Below, piece after piece: positions 1 to 7,460 of a DNA stretch of 11,623 bases. Position numbers and translations under genes: made by a program. Source of the stretch: Fidelibacterota bacterium (GTDB taxonomy: Bacteria; Fidelibacterota; Fidelibacteria; Fidelibacterales; Fidelibacteraceae); assembly GCA_034723415.1 (NCBI GenBank), contig JAYEOX010000125.1, positions 1 to 11,623 of the forward strand. The letters are read 5' to 3'. Numbering within the stretch: the first letter of the stretch is position 1; every line of letters starts with the position of its first letter. Under the pieces are notes generated by a model. It searched no databases. It was given only the letters and a program-made list of their open reading frames with translations, and was not told the DNA's origin.

Positions 1-208
1 CAATAACAATTGTAATTCTAATCCATTCAATAGCTCCCAAAATTAAAACTATCTGAACTAATCTGGCAATCCAAACTCGTTTAACAAAAAGAGTAAATGG
101 TAAAATTACACAAAAAATTACAAGTGGTAACCAACCTGCTTTATTAAAATGTGCACCAAGTAACAACAAACTCAAAATTATTGGGGAAAATATAAGAATA
201 TTTATCAT
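1..208 (-). CDS. Small hypothetical integral membrane protein, 3' end truncated by the window edge
   Basis: Not in the ORF track; translated by hand. ATG at 208-206 has GGAG (214-217) upstream. The frame is open to the edge: MINILIFSPIILSLLLLGAHFNKAGWLPLVIFCVILPFTLFVKRVWIARLVQIVLILGAIEWIRITIVI, with about three hydrophobic segments. An alternative in-frame ATG lies at 271. Confidence 0.75.
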   Translation of the reverse strand, partial: MINILIFSPIILSLLLLGAHFNKAGWLPLVIFCVILPFTLFVKRVWIARLVQIVLILGAIEWIRITIVI

Positions 209-455
209 TATTTCTCCAAATCCTAATTTATCATTGCTATTTATTTCACTATCACTACTTATTTTTAACATATAAACTTCATTGTCATTTTGCTATCTCT
301 TTAATCAATTATAAGATACAAAATTATATTACTATCTTCAAAATAAATTTGAGACATTTTATGTTTAAAAAATATTTAGATTTATATATTAAAAGTTTTA
401 ATCTAAAAAAAGTCTCAGATACTAAATTAAATCGATATGGAATTTATTTAATCAA

Positions 456-1340
456 TTATTCTTTAGGTTCCAAATGAACCATAACATCAATTATTTTTGG
501 ATTGCCTTTTATTAGGGCATTTTTGACTTCTTCAGAAATTATATGTCCTTTTGTTACCGATAAGTTGCCATCTACTTCCAAATGCAGATCTAAATAAATA
601 GAACTTCCTAATTTTCTCGTCCTTATTTTATGAAATCCCATTACATCATCATTAGTTTTTATGATCTTAGAAATATAATTAATTTCTTTTTGGGATACGC
701 CGGTATCAATGAGCTCTTTGATATTTTTGAAAATAATATCAAAAGATAATTTTAAAATAAAAGCAGCTACGATTAGGGCTCCAACATGGTCAAGAAATAA
801 TAATTTAGGATTGATCAAAGCAGCCACAACAGCAATTAAAACAGGTATTGAAGATAGTGCATCTGTTCGATGATGCCAAGCATTCGCCTTAACTGAAGAT
901 GAATTCGTTCTTACACCAACTTGATATGTTTTTCTAAATAACAGTTCCTTAAATATAAGTGATATTATTGGACCGGCAATTGTGAAAAGTTTTAATTGTT
1001 CCGTATGGTTCTCATTTATAGTTATAATTGCATTGTAACCAATACTGCATGCTGCGAATAATAAAAGTAATCCAATTATTATGGTAATAAATGATTCTAT
1101 CTTTTTATGACCAAACGGATGTTTGCTATCAGGTGGTGCTGTCCAATACTTAACACCAAATAATATTATAATATCTGTAGAGGAATCTGAAAAACTATGT
1201 GCCGCATCAGCAACTACTGCCTGACTGTTTCCCAATAATCCTATTATAAACTTTATAATAGATAATAGAATATTTACTACTAATCCCCAAATTGTAATTT
1301 TTTTAATTTCATTTTTATTGTTATTTATTTTTTTAATCAC
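456..1340 (-). CDS. Cation diffusion facilitator (CDF, FieF/YiiP-like) metal transporter
   Basis: 294 aa with a GTG start. CDF signature SQAVVADAAHSFSD (TM2 HxxxD), HPFGHKKIE loop, TM5 AWHHRTD, and a C-terminal dimerisation domain (IRTRKLGS..LDLHLEV..GH..VHLEP). Confidence 0.93.
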   Translation of the reverse strand: MIKKINNNKNEIKKITIWGLVVNILLSIIKFIIGLLGNSQAVVADAAHSFSDSSTDIIILFGVKYWTAPPDSKHPFGHKKIESFITIIIGLLLLFAACSIGYNAIITINENHTEQLKLFTIAGPIISLIFKELLFRKTYQVGVRTNSSSVKANAWHHRTDALSSIPVLIAVVAALINPKLLFLDHVGALIVAAFILKLSFDIIFKNIKELIDTGVSQKEINYISKIIKTNDDVMGFHKIRTRKLGSSIYLDLHLEVDGNLSVTKGHIISEEVKNALIKGNPKIIDVMVHLEPKE

Positions 1341-1358
1341 TTTGAAAAAAACTTCTTT

Positions 1359-2777
1359 TTATTTTCGTTTTAACACTTTGCCGGTATTTCTCTCGGCTTT
1401 TTTAATAAGTTCATCCGACATTTTCTGATGTTCTGCAATCAATTCTTTTTCGTTCAGATTTACAATTTTCCCATTTTCTACAACTACTTTCCCGTTTATA
1501 ATTGAATAGTCAATTGGATTCATTGCAGTGTCAAATATAATTGCTCCGGCCGGATCGTGTTGTCCTCCGGAATATTCTAATCTGTCCATCGAGATCATTG
1601 TGATGTCCGCACATTTTCCCGGAGCGATTTGACCAATATCATTTCGTCCGAGAACTTTAGCACCACCAACTGTCGCCATCCACAACACCTCTTCTGTTGA
1701 AAGCCATTTATTAGGTTCGCGTAATCTTGAGAGCAACATTGCATTTCGCATCTCCAAAAGCATATTTGAAGAATCATTTGAAGCCGAGCCGTCAACTCCA
1801 ATACTTACATTTACACCGGCATTGAGTAATTCTTTGATCGGAGCAATCCCGGAGCCAAGCCGCATATTTGAAGATGGACAATGAGAAACGCCAACTTTAT
1901 TTTCACTAAATCCTTTTATCTCTTCTTCATTAAGAAAAATTGAATGGGCAAACCAAGAATTTGGAGTCAACCAATCAAGCGATTTTATCAATTCATAAGG
2001 TCGCTTTCCGAATTTTTCTTTACAGAATTCAACTTCGTCTTTTGTTTCCGCAAGATGAGTGTGTAATTGTAAATTATTTTCTTTTGCGATCTTTGCTGTT
2101 TTTCTCATCAACTCAGGTGTAACAGAAAATGGTGAACACGGAGCAAGTGAAATTCTAGTCATGGCTCCAAAAGAATTATCGTGATATTTTTTTATCAAAC
2201 GATATGTATCTTTTACAATTTCATCTTCTGTTTGAATAACATCATCCGGTGGCAACCCGCCATCTGATTTACCCATTGACATTGAGCCGCGAGTTGGCTG
2301 AAACCGAAGTCCAAGCTCTTTTGCTGCTTCAATTTCTCTATCTATTAATGTTGGCTCTGTCTTATTGGGAAATAGATATAAATGATCCGAGCTGGTTGTA
2401 CATCCGGATTTCAGAAGTTCACTTATCGCTAGTTTTGCGCTTACATAAAATGCATCTCCACTAATTTCTCGCCAAATTTCATAATTTGTTAAAAGCCAAT
2501 CAAATAATTCTGCCTTCTGTGTAGATAAAATATTTCTCGTTAGTGTTTGATAAAAATGATGATGGGTATTTATGAATCCGGGCAACACAATCATTCTGCT
2601 TGCATCAATTATTTTATCGGCATTCCCTGTAAATTCTTCTGGACCTGCAGACATAATTTTATTATCTTCAATTAGAACATGTCCTCCGGAAAAACTATCT
2701 AATACATTGCTATCAAAAATATCGTTTTTCATTCTGACGCACAATAACGGATTTTTAATTAAAATTGATTTTGCCAT
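1359..2777 (-). CDS. Amidohydrolase-superfamily deaminase, 8-oxoguanine deaminase / isoxanthopterin deaminase type
   Basis: 472 aa. Motifs PGFINTHHHFYQTLTR (HxH), DHLYLFP, RGSMSMG..GGLPPD, APCSPFSV, HTHLAET, HCPSSNMRLGSG and GVDGSASND. The PCSPFS and HHxYQ motifs are typical of the 8-oxoguanine deaminase clade. RBS-like AGGAA at 2784-2788. Confidence 0.88.
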   Translation of the reverse strand: MAKSILIKNPLLCVRMKNDIFDSNVLDSFSGGHVLIEDNKIMSAGPEEFTGNADKIIDASRMIVLPGFINTHHHFYQTLTRNILSTQKAELFDWLLTNYEIWREISGDAFYVSAKLAISELLKSGCTTSSDHLYLFPNKTEPTLIDREIEAAKELGLRFQPTRGSMSMGKSDGGLPPDDVIQTEDEIVKDTYRLIKKYHDNSFGAMTRISLAPCSPFSVTPELMRKTAKIAKENNLQLHTHLAETKDEVEFCKEKFGKRPYELIKSLDWLTPNSWFAHSIFLNEEEIKGFSENKVGVSHCPSSNMRLGSGIAPIKELLNAGVNVSIGVDGSASNDSSNMLLEMRNAMLLSRLREPNKWLSTEEVLWMATVGGAKVLGRNDIGQIAPGKCADITMISMDRLEYSGGQHDPAGAIIFDTAMNPIDYSIINGKVVVENGKIVNLNEKELIAEHQKMSDELIKKAERNTGKVLKRK

Positions 2778-2928
2778 ATTAAATTCCTAAATGTTTTTAA
2801 CACAAAGAACGTAAAGATTTTTCAAATTAAGTATTCTTAAATTATAATTCATTATTCATTATTTTAATTCGTTCTATTTGTGCTATTCCTTGTAACTATT
2901 TTCGTGTGTTTTCGTGGCTAATATTTTA

Positions 2929-4389
2929 TTAAACCAACCCTGTTCTATCATTGAATTCATTTATCAAGTTATCAATTTTGCTGCTCAATTTATGAATCGC
3001 TCCCCAATAATTTTTTTGATCATACCATTGATCATTTAATTCAGATAATTTTTTCTCTTGTTGTTCAATCCAAGTATAATATTTTAAATTATGGACCCTT
3101 TTCTTTTCATAATAATTCAATTCCACCATATTATCTGTTTTTACATTTCTTAACAATTCAAAATCTCGATTGGCATTTATGTTTGTATATTTCCCGTAAG
3201 TTTTATTTAAATCATTCATACGTGAATCATACAATTCCATCGAATCGGTAAAAACAGTTAGCACAACATCATTCTCTGTTAATTCATAATATTTTGCATA
3301 TTTAATCGCTGCCAACATATTTCCAATCGAAGAAATTCCAAGCAAATCCAAGTTGTTTATAATATTTTCATCAACTCCCTGTTGCTTCAAAAATTTTCTT
3401 CCTTCCGGCTCATTAAAGAATCTCATCAAGCGGATATTAATTTCATCATCAACGGCAACAATCATATCACTATTTTTCACATTATGGATCCATGGAACAT
3501 GTTTATCACCAATTCCTTCGATACGATGACCACCGAATCCATTTTCGAGAAGTGTCGGACATTGCAACGCCTCTGCTACTGCGATTTTTGAAGCTGGATA
3601 TTTTTCTTTCAAATAATCACCGCTCCCGAGAGTTCCGGAAGAACCTGATGTTAATACCACACCGGAATAATTATCATTTTCTTTCATAACTTTTTTCAAT
3701 ACTTTTTCCATTGCATCACCTGTTACTTCATAATGCCAAAGGTGATTCCCAAATTCGTCAAATTGATTAAATATTACAACATTATTTCTTGTTCTTTTTA
3801 ATTCCCAACATTTGTCAAAAATTTCCTTCACATTACTTTCACAACCCGGAGTTGGGATCACTTCACCGGCAACTTTTTCTAACCAGTGGAATCTCTCTTG
3901 AGACATTCCTACAGGTAAAATCGCAATCGATTCACAAGCTAATAATGCAGCATCATAAGCTCCACCACGACAGTAATTTCCTGTTGAAGGCCAAACAGCT
4001 TTTTGATTTACAGGATCAAATTGTCCGGTAATTAACCGTGGAGCAAGACATCCCAAAGTCGCCCCGACTTTATGTGATCCGGTAGGGAACCATTTCCCAA
4101 CAAGTGCTATGATTCTTGCTTTCACACCTGTCAACTCTGATGGAAGTTCAACATAATTCACATCGCCATATTGCCCGCCTTTTTCAACAGGTTCATTCTG
4201 CCAAGTTATTCTAAATAAATTTCTTGAATGCACATCCCAAAGTCCGATGTCTTTCAACTCGTTTTTTATTTTAGTTGGAACCGTCTCGGGATTTTTCATC
4301 TGTTTAAATGTTGGCATAATTATACCCCGTTCCTTACATCGCTTTACAGTGCTTTGCAACTGTTTTTCATTAATCTTTAAATCTATCAT
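2929..4389 (-). CDS. Large PLP-dependent enzyme, fold type II (tryptophan synthase beta / cysteine synthase superfamily); substrate unknown
   Basis: 486 aa. PTGSHKVG (Schiff-base Lys), PSTGNY, phosphate-binding SGSSGT, and HRIEGIG (compare CysK HKIQGIG). Long N- and C-terminal extensions relative to CysK. Strong RBS AAGGAG at 4395-4400. Confidence 0.88.
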   Translation of the reverse strand: MIDLKINEKQLQSTVKRCKERGIIMPTFKQMKNPETVPTKIKNELKDIGLWDVHSRNLFRITWQNEPVEKGGQYGDVNYVELPSELTGVKARIIALVGKWFPTGSHKVGATLGCLAPRLITGQFDPVNQKAVWPSTGNYCRGGAYDAALLACESIAILPVGMSQERFHWLEKVAGEVIPTPGCESNVKEIFDKCWELKRTRNNVVIFNQFDEFGNHLWHYEVTGDAMEKVLKKVMKENDNYSGVVLTSGSSGTLGSGDYLKEKYPASKIAVAEALQCPTLLENGFGGHRIEGIGDKHVPWIHNVKNSDMIVAVDDEINIRLMRFFNEPEGRKFLKQQGVDENIINNLDLLGISSIGNMLAAIKYAKYYELTENDVVLTVFTDSMELYDSRMNDLNKTYGKYTNINANRDFELLRNVKTDNMVELNYYEKKRVHNLKYYTWIEQQEKKLSELNDQWYDQKNYWGAIHKLSSKIDNLINEFNDRTGLV

Positions 4390-4390
4390 T

Positions 4391-4400
4391 CCTTCTCCTT
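4391..4400 (-). promoter_or_regulatory. Shine-Dalgarno site of the PLP enzyme gene
   Basis: The minus strand reads AAGGAGAAGG just upstream of the ATG at 4389. Confidence 0.75.
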
Positions 4401-4469
4401 TTTCTGATTACAATAAGTAAAATTTAATCATTTTTGTTGCCTTATTCAAGGTTATTCATTAAAAACCAT

Positions 4470-4982
4470 TTAAACATCATTTGTGCTCCATTGTGAACTT
4501 TGTGGTGTGATCTCAATAATATTAAACTCATCAACATCAAATACTTCAACAAATTCATCTATCATATCATTTCTAACTGTCAAAAAACATTCTCTTTCAC
4601 TATTTAAAACTACCTTTATCAACTTATAAAAACCTTTTTTTAAGTTAATTTCAACAGGTCCGATTTCATCAATAAATATTGGTTCAACATTATTCTTAAT
4701 CACAGAATTTATTATTTTTTCTGCAAATTTTATCCCCTCTTCTGAAAAACTAAATCTGCTAAATTGAAATTTTTTATTCCAATTTCTTGATGTATATTTT
4801 TTTAAGTAAGCAAAAGAAGTATGCTTTTTGCTTTGCAAATGTATAATATCATATCCAATAAATTTGCCATTTTTAATAACTTTTTTACAAGCAAACCCAT
4901 CACCTTTTTTATCTTGCTCAAACAATGAAATTAACTTTGTTGTTTTTCCAGATCGAATGTCGCCTGTAATTATATTTATCAT
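4470..4982 (-). CDS. Small P-loop NTPase (NTPase_1/THEP1- or DUF2478-like)
   Basis: 170 aa. N-terminal Walker A GDIRSGKTT, GF..GYD strand motif, and Walker B IFIDEIG. Confidence 0.82.
   Translation of the reverse strand: MINIITGDIRSGKTTKLISLFEQDKKGDGFACKKVIKNGKFIGYDIIHLQSKKHTSFAYLKKYTSRNWNKKFQFSRFSFSEEGIKFAEKIINSVIKNNVEPIFIDEIGPVEINLKKGFYKLIKVVLNSERECFLTVRNDMIDEFVEVFDVDEFNIIEITPQSSQWSTNDV
4480..4507 (+). repeat. Degenerate (TTTGTG-type) repeat copy in the 3' end of the NTPase gene
   Basis: TTGTGAACTTTGTG (4491-4504) versus TTGCGAACTTTGCG (5858-5871) is 12 of 14, with both differences C>T. Both encode QSSQ. Confidence 0.6.
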
Positions 4983-5065
4983 TTTTTAATTATTTTACCC
5001 TTTATGAGTTTCCATTTTGAAAAACAGAAAACATTCTGTCTTTACCTCTTCTTTTTTTGCCACAA

Positions 5066-5136
5066 TTCTTCTTTGCGACTTTGCCTGTCCGCTACAGGCG
5101 AGCGTGAACTTATTCTTTGCACCTTTTGTGTAAAAC
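5066..5136 (+). repeat. Intergenic repeat copy interrupted by a 19-nt hairpin
   Basis: TTCTTCTTTGCGACTTTGC (5066-5084) is identical to 8370-8388. GCGTGAACTT (5102-5111) is identical to 5843-5852. The inverted repeat GCCTGT/ACAGGC lies at 5083-5088 and 5094-5099. Confidence 0.85.
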
Positions 5137-5137
5137 C

Positions 5138-6022
5138 TTATTTATCCCGCAAATGCTTCACATCTTTCCCGTAACGAATTGCTTGAATTTCCGAAACTAT
5201 CGAAATAGCAATCTCTGGCGGTGAAGCACCACCGATGTCAATTCCGACAGGCAAATAACAATAACTTAAATTCGGATTGTCAACTTCGGATTTCAATTTA
5301 TCAAATATAATTTTCTTTTTACTTCGTGATGAAACCATACCGATATATTTTGGGTTCCAATTGGATTTATAAATTTTATTTAAAACTAAACTATCATAAT
5401 TATGTTCATAAGTTGCAATAATAAAATAAGAATTTGGTGAAACTTCTTGATTTGAAAGTACATCTTTAAATTTACCAAATATTTTATTATCTGCTCCTTC
5501 AATTTTTCCCAACACATCTTTTCTATCATCAATTAAAGTTACAAAATAATCAAGATTTTTAAAATGATACACCAATTCCTTTCCTATATGTCCTGCACCA
5601 AAAATATAAATATAATTTTTCGTTGCGAAATATTCATAAAACAAAGTTGCATTCCCACCGCAGATCATGTTTGTTTTTTGTCCGTCTGCTTCGTCATCAA
5701 GATTATATTTTACAAGTTCGTTTTTTTTAGTTTCAAAAATTTTTTTTGCCTTTGCTATCGCCATTCTTTCAATTGTTCCACCACCGACAGTTCCCAATAT
5801 TTTATTTTTTACCTTATTTACCCTTTGCGTCTTTGCGTCTTTGCGTGAACTTCCTTTTTGCGAACTTTGCGAGAAACTTTTTCTTTCTTCAGGATACACG
5901 ATCATTTTCGCACCTGTTTTTGACGGACCGGATCCTTCTGTTTTAACAACAGTAATTATCACACCGGGTTTCCTTCCCTGATGCAATTCAAAAATCTCTT
6001 TATTCAATGTTTCATTTTTCAT
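5138..6022 (-). CDS. xdhC: XdhC/CoxI-family molybdoenzyme maturation factor carrying an in-frame insertion of about 27 aa
   Basis: 294 aa. GSGP..GAKMIV..GTVGGG..E, MICGG, Rossmann IFGAGHIG, IATYEH..D, YIGMVSSRSK, PVGIDIG..SPPEIAISIVSEI. The start overlaps the upstream stop (ATGA at 6019-6022). The symbol follows Rhodobacter accessory-factor usage. Confidence 0.92.
   Translation of the reverse strand: MKNETLNKEIFELHQGRKPGVIITVVKTEGSGPSKTGAKMIVYPEERKSFSQSSQKGSSRKDAKTQRVNKVKNKILGTVGGGTIERMAIAKAKKIFETKKNELVKYNLDDEADGQKTNMICGGNATLFYEYFATKNYIYIFGAGHIGKELVYHFKNLDYFVTLIDDRKDVLGKIEGADNKIFGKFKDVLSNQEVSPNSYFIIATYEHNYDSLVLNKIYKSNWNPKYIGMVSSRSKKKIIFDKLKSEVDNPNLSYCYLPVGIDIGGASPPEIAISIVSEIQAIRYGKDVKHLRDK
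5823..5877 (+). repeat. Octamer repeat element (CTTTGCGT)x3-GAACTT-CC-TTTTTGCGAACTTTGCGAGAAAC inside xdhC
   Basis: Three perfect CTTTGCGT copies at 5823-5846, then two further TTTGCGA units. It encodes FSQSSQKGSSRKDAKTQR. Confidence 0.92.
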
Positions 6023-6744
6023 TGAAAATCCTTCTTGAAAATTGTTACATATTCTTTACCTTTCATAAATCTTGTTGGTGTCGCTTGAATTACATTTGTT
6101 CTAAACACAGAATAATCGTTAATAATCGTACCGGAAACAACATCAATCCCAAAATCAAATAAAATTGGAGAAAGTGGAGTTGACGGACCGAGCATTACAA
6201 CGAAACTTTTTTTGGAAACAAATTTCATTACTTCATCAAAAGTATGATTTGTAATTGAAGTTGCTGTTAATGCAATAATATCTGCATCTGGAAGATAGTT
6301 TGGAATTTCATTTTCTGATAAATCATTCTCTTGTGGTTGTTTTTCGAATATTTGTAATTGTTTGAATTCATTTTTTAATTCAATTAAAAAAGGAAAGTGG
6401 CCAATCACTCCGATATTTTTCCCTTTCCCTTTTTCAAGTATAATATTTTTCGCATTTATTTTGCTGTAATTATTGTTAGCAAATGCTGCGGCAGAATTTA
6501 TAGCCGCCATTCCAACTGACGCTTCTATTAAATTATCCGACAATGAAAATTCTGCCAATTCTCTTAATGAATATTTTTCCAACGAACCGGAATTCTTAAC
6601 TTTTTGATGAGGCCGCTCATAATGAAGTGTGCTTGCAACTCCTTCATATTTTCCGGCTTTAATCAATGTAGAAAAAACGCCTATTATCACTTCTTCTACC
6701 GGAATATCGGGAACTTCGTTTATTAATCTATTTAATAATTTCAT
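6019..6744 (-). CDS. DUF364/DUF4213-like protein (putative heavy-metal-chelation family)
   Basis: 241 aa. EASVGMAAINS, VIGHFPF, ADIIALTATSITNHT, MLGPSTPLSP.LFDFG.D.VSG, recognised as DUF364-type motifs. Confidence 0.85.
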   Translation of the reverse strand: MKLLNRLINEVPDIPVEEVIIGVFSTLIKAGKYEGVASTLHYERPHQKVKNSGSLEKYSLRELAEFSLSDNLIEASVGMAAINSAAAFANNNYSKINAKNIILEKGKGKNIGVIGHFPFLIELKNEFKQLQIFEKQPQENDLSENEIPNYLPDADIIALTATSITNHTFDEVMKFVSKKSFVVMLGPSTPLSPILFDFGIDVVSGTIINDYSVFRTNVIQATPTRFMKGKEYVTIFKKDFQ

Positions 6745-6746
6745 CT

Positions 6747-7376
6747 TTAGAAAATTAGCGAATTACCTATTTCACAAAAAACAGCTACAAGTAGAAGTGA
6801 GATCGGAGCAACAAAACCAACTTTATTAAAATTATATTTTATTATTTGAAACTTCGAATTTTGTTTCATTTTCAAAAATGTACCAATAATCATTCCACTA
6901 ACAATTGTATTTACAATTAGAAAACTAACAATTTTTATGACTGGTTCTAAATATAATCCTTCGGCCGGATGAAAAATAAATTTCTGTGAAAAAGTAAAAA
7001 GCAAAATCCAACCTAAACTCATTATTGCAGATTTTACATAAATTTTATTTTCGGAATAAACTTTAATAAAACCGAATACGATTAATGATTCTAAAAGGAT
7101 TGAAACTGCCGGATTAATTGCAAACATTGCACTTCTTAACGGAATAAATAGATCACTAAGTTTTATCATACTAGCTACCAATGCAGTATAAAAAATTGTA
7201 GATTGTTTCCCGGTGCTTTTATACGAGGTAAACATAAAATAAAAAGCGATCGGGAACATTATCATTCCGGGAAAACCGGTTGGTAAAAAATGAACTAAAT
7301 AACCAAGCGTCGCTTCGATAATTCCCCAAAGTCCACCGAAAAATAGTATTGTTAAAATTGTTCTTTTGTTACTCAT
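6747..7376 (-). CDS. Uncharacterised integral membrane protein with about 6-7 TM segments
   Basis: 209 aa, hydrophobic throughout, with N-terminal LWGIIEATLGYLVH. RBS AAGGGA at 7381-7386. It ends 2 nt before the DUF364 start. Confidence 0.8.
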   Translation of the reverse strand: MSNKRTILTILFFGGLWGIIEATLGYLVHFLPTGFPGMIMFPIAFYFMFTSYKSTGKQSTIFYTALVASMIKLSDLFIPLRSAMFAINPAVSILLESLIVFGFIKVYSENKIYVKSAIMSLGWILLFTFSQKFIFHPAEGLYLEPVIKIVSFLIVNTIVSGMIIGTFLKMKQNSKFQIIKYNFNKVGFVAPISLLLVAVFCEIGNSLIF

Positions 7377-7460
7377 AATTTCCCTTTTGTTAATTTTTAT
7401 TTCATTGTTTGTAAATTACTGAATTTTTTTATTATAATCAATTTAATATTTTACAATTTA

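Noticed and set aside
2082..2096. TTTTGCGATCTTTGC in the deaminase gene resembles the octamer repeat
   Set aside because: It encodes AKIAK in the normal helix before HTHLAET with no apparent length increase, so it is probably coincidental codon usage.
5083..5099. Hairpin as an intrinsic terminator for xdhC
   Set aside because: On the transcribed minus strand the stem is followed by AAAGTCGC, not a U-tract. It is better explained as an insertion in a repeat copy.
5138..6022. xdhC as a pseudogene or intein-containing gene
   Set aside because: The frame and all motifs are intact. The insert is far too short for an intein and lacks the Cys/Ser...His-Asn splice motifs.
7431..7456. Possible internal sigma70 promoter (TTGTAA..TATAAT on the minus strand) upstream of the membrane protein gene
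   Set aside because: The spacer is only 14 nt and the region is extremely AT-rich, so it cannot be supported.
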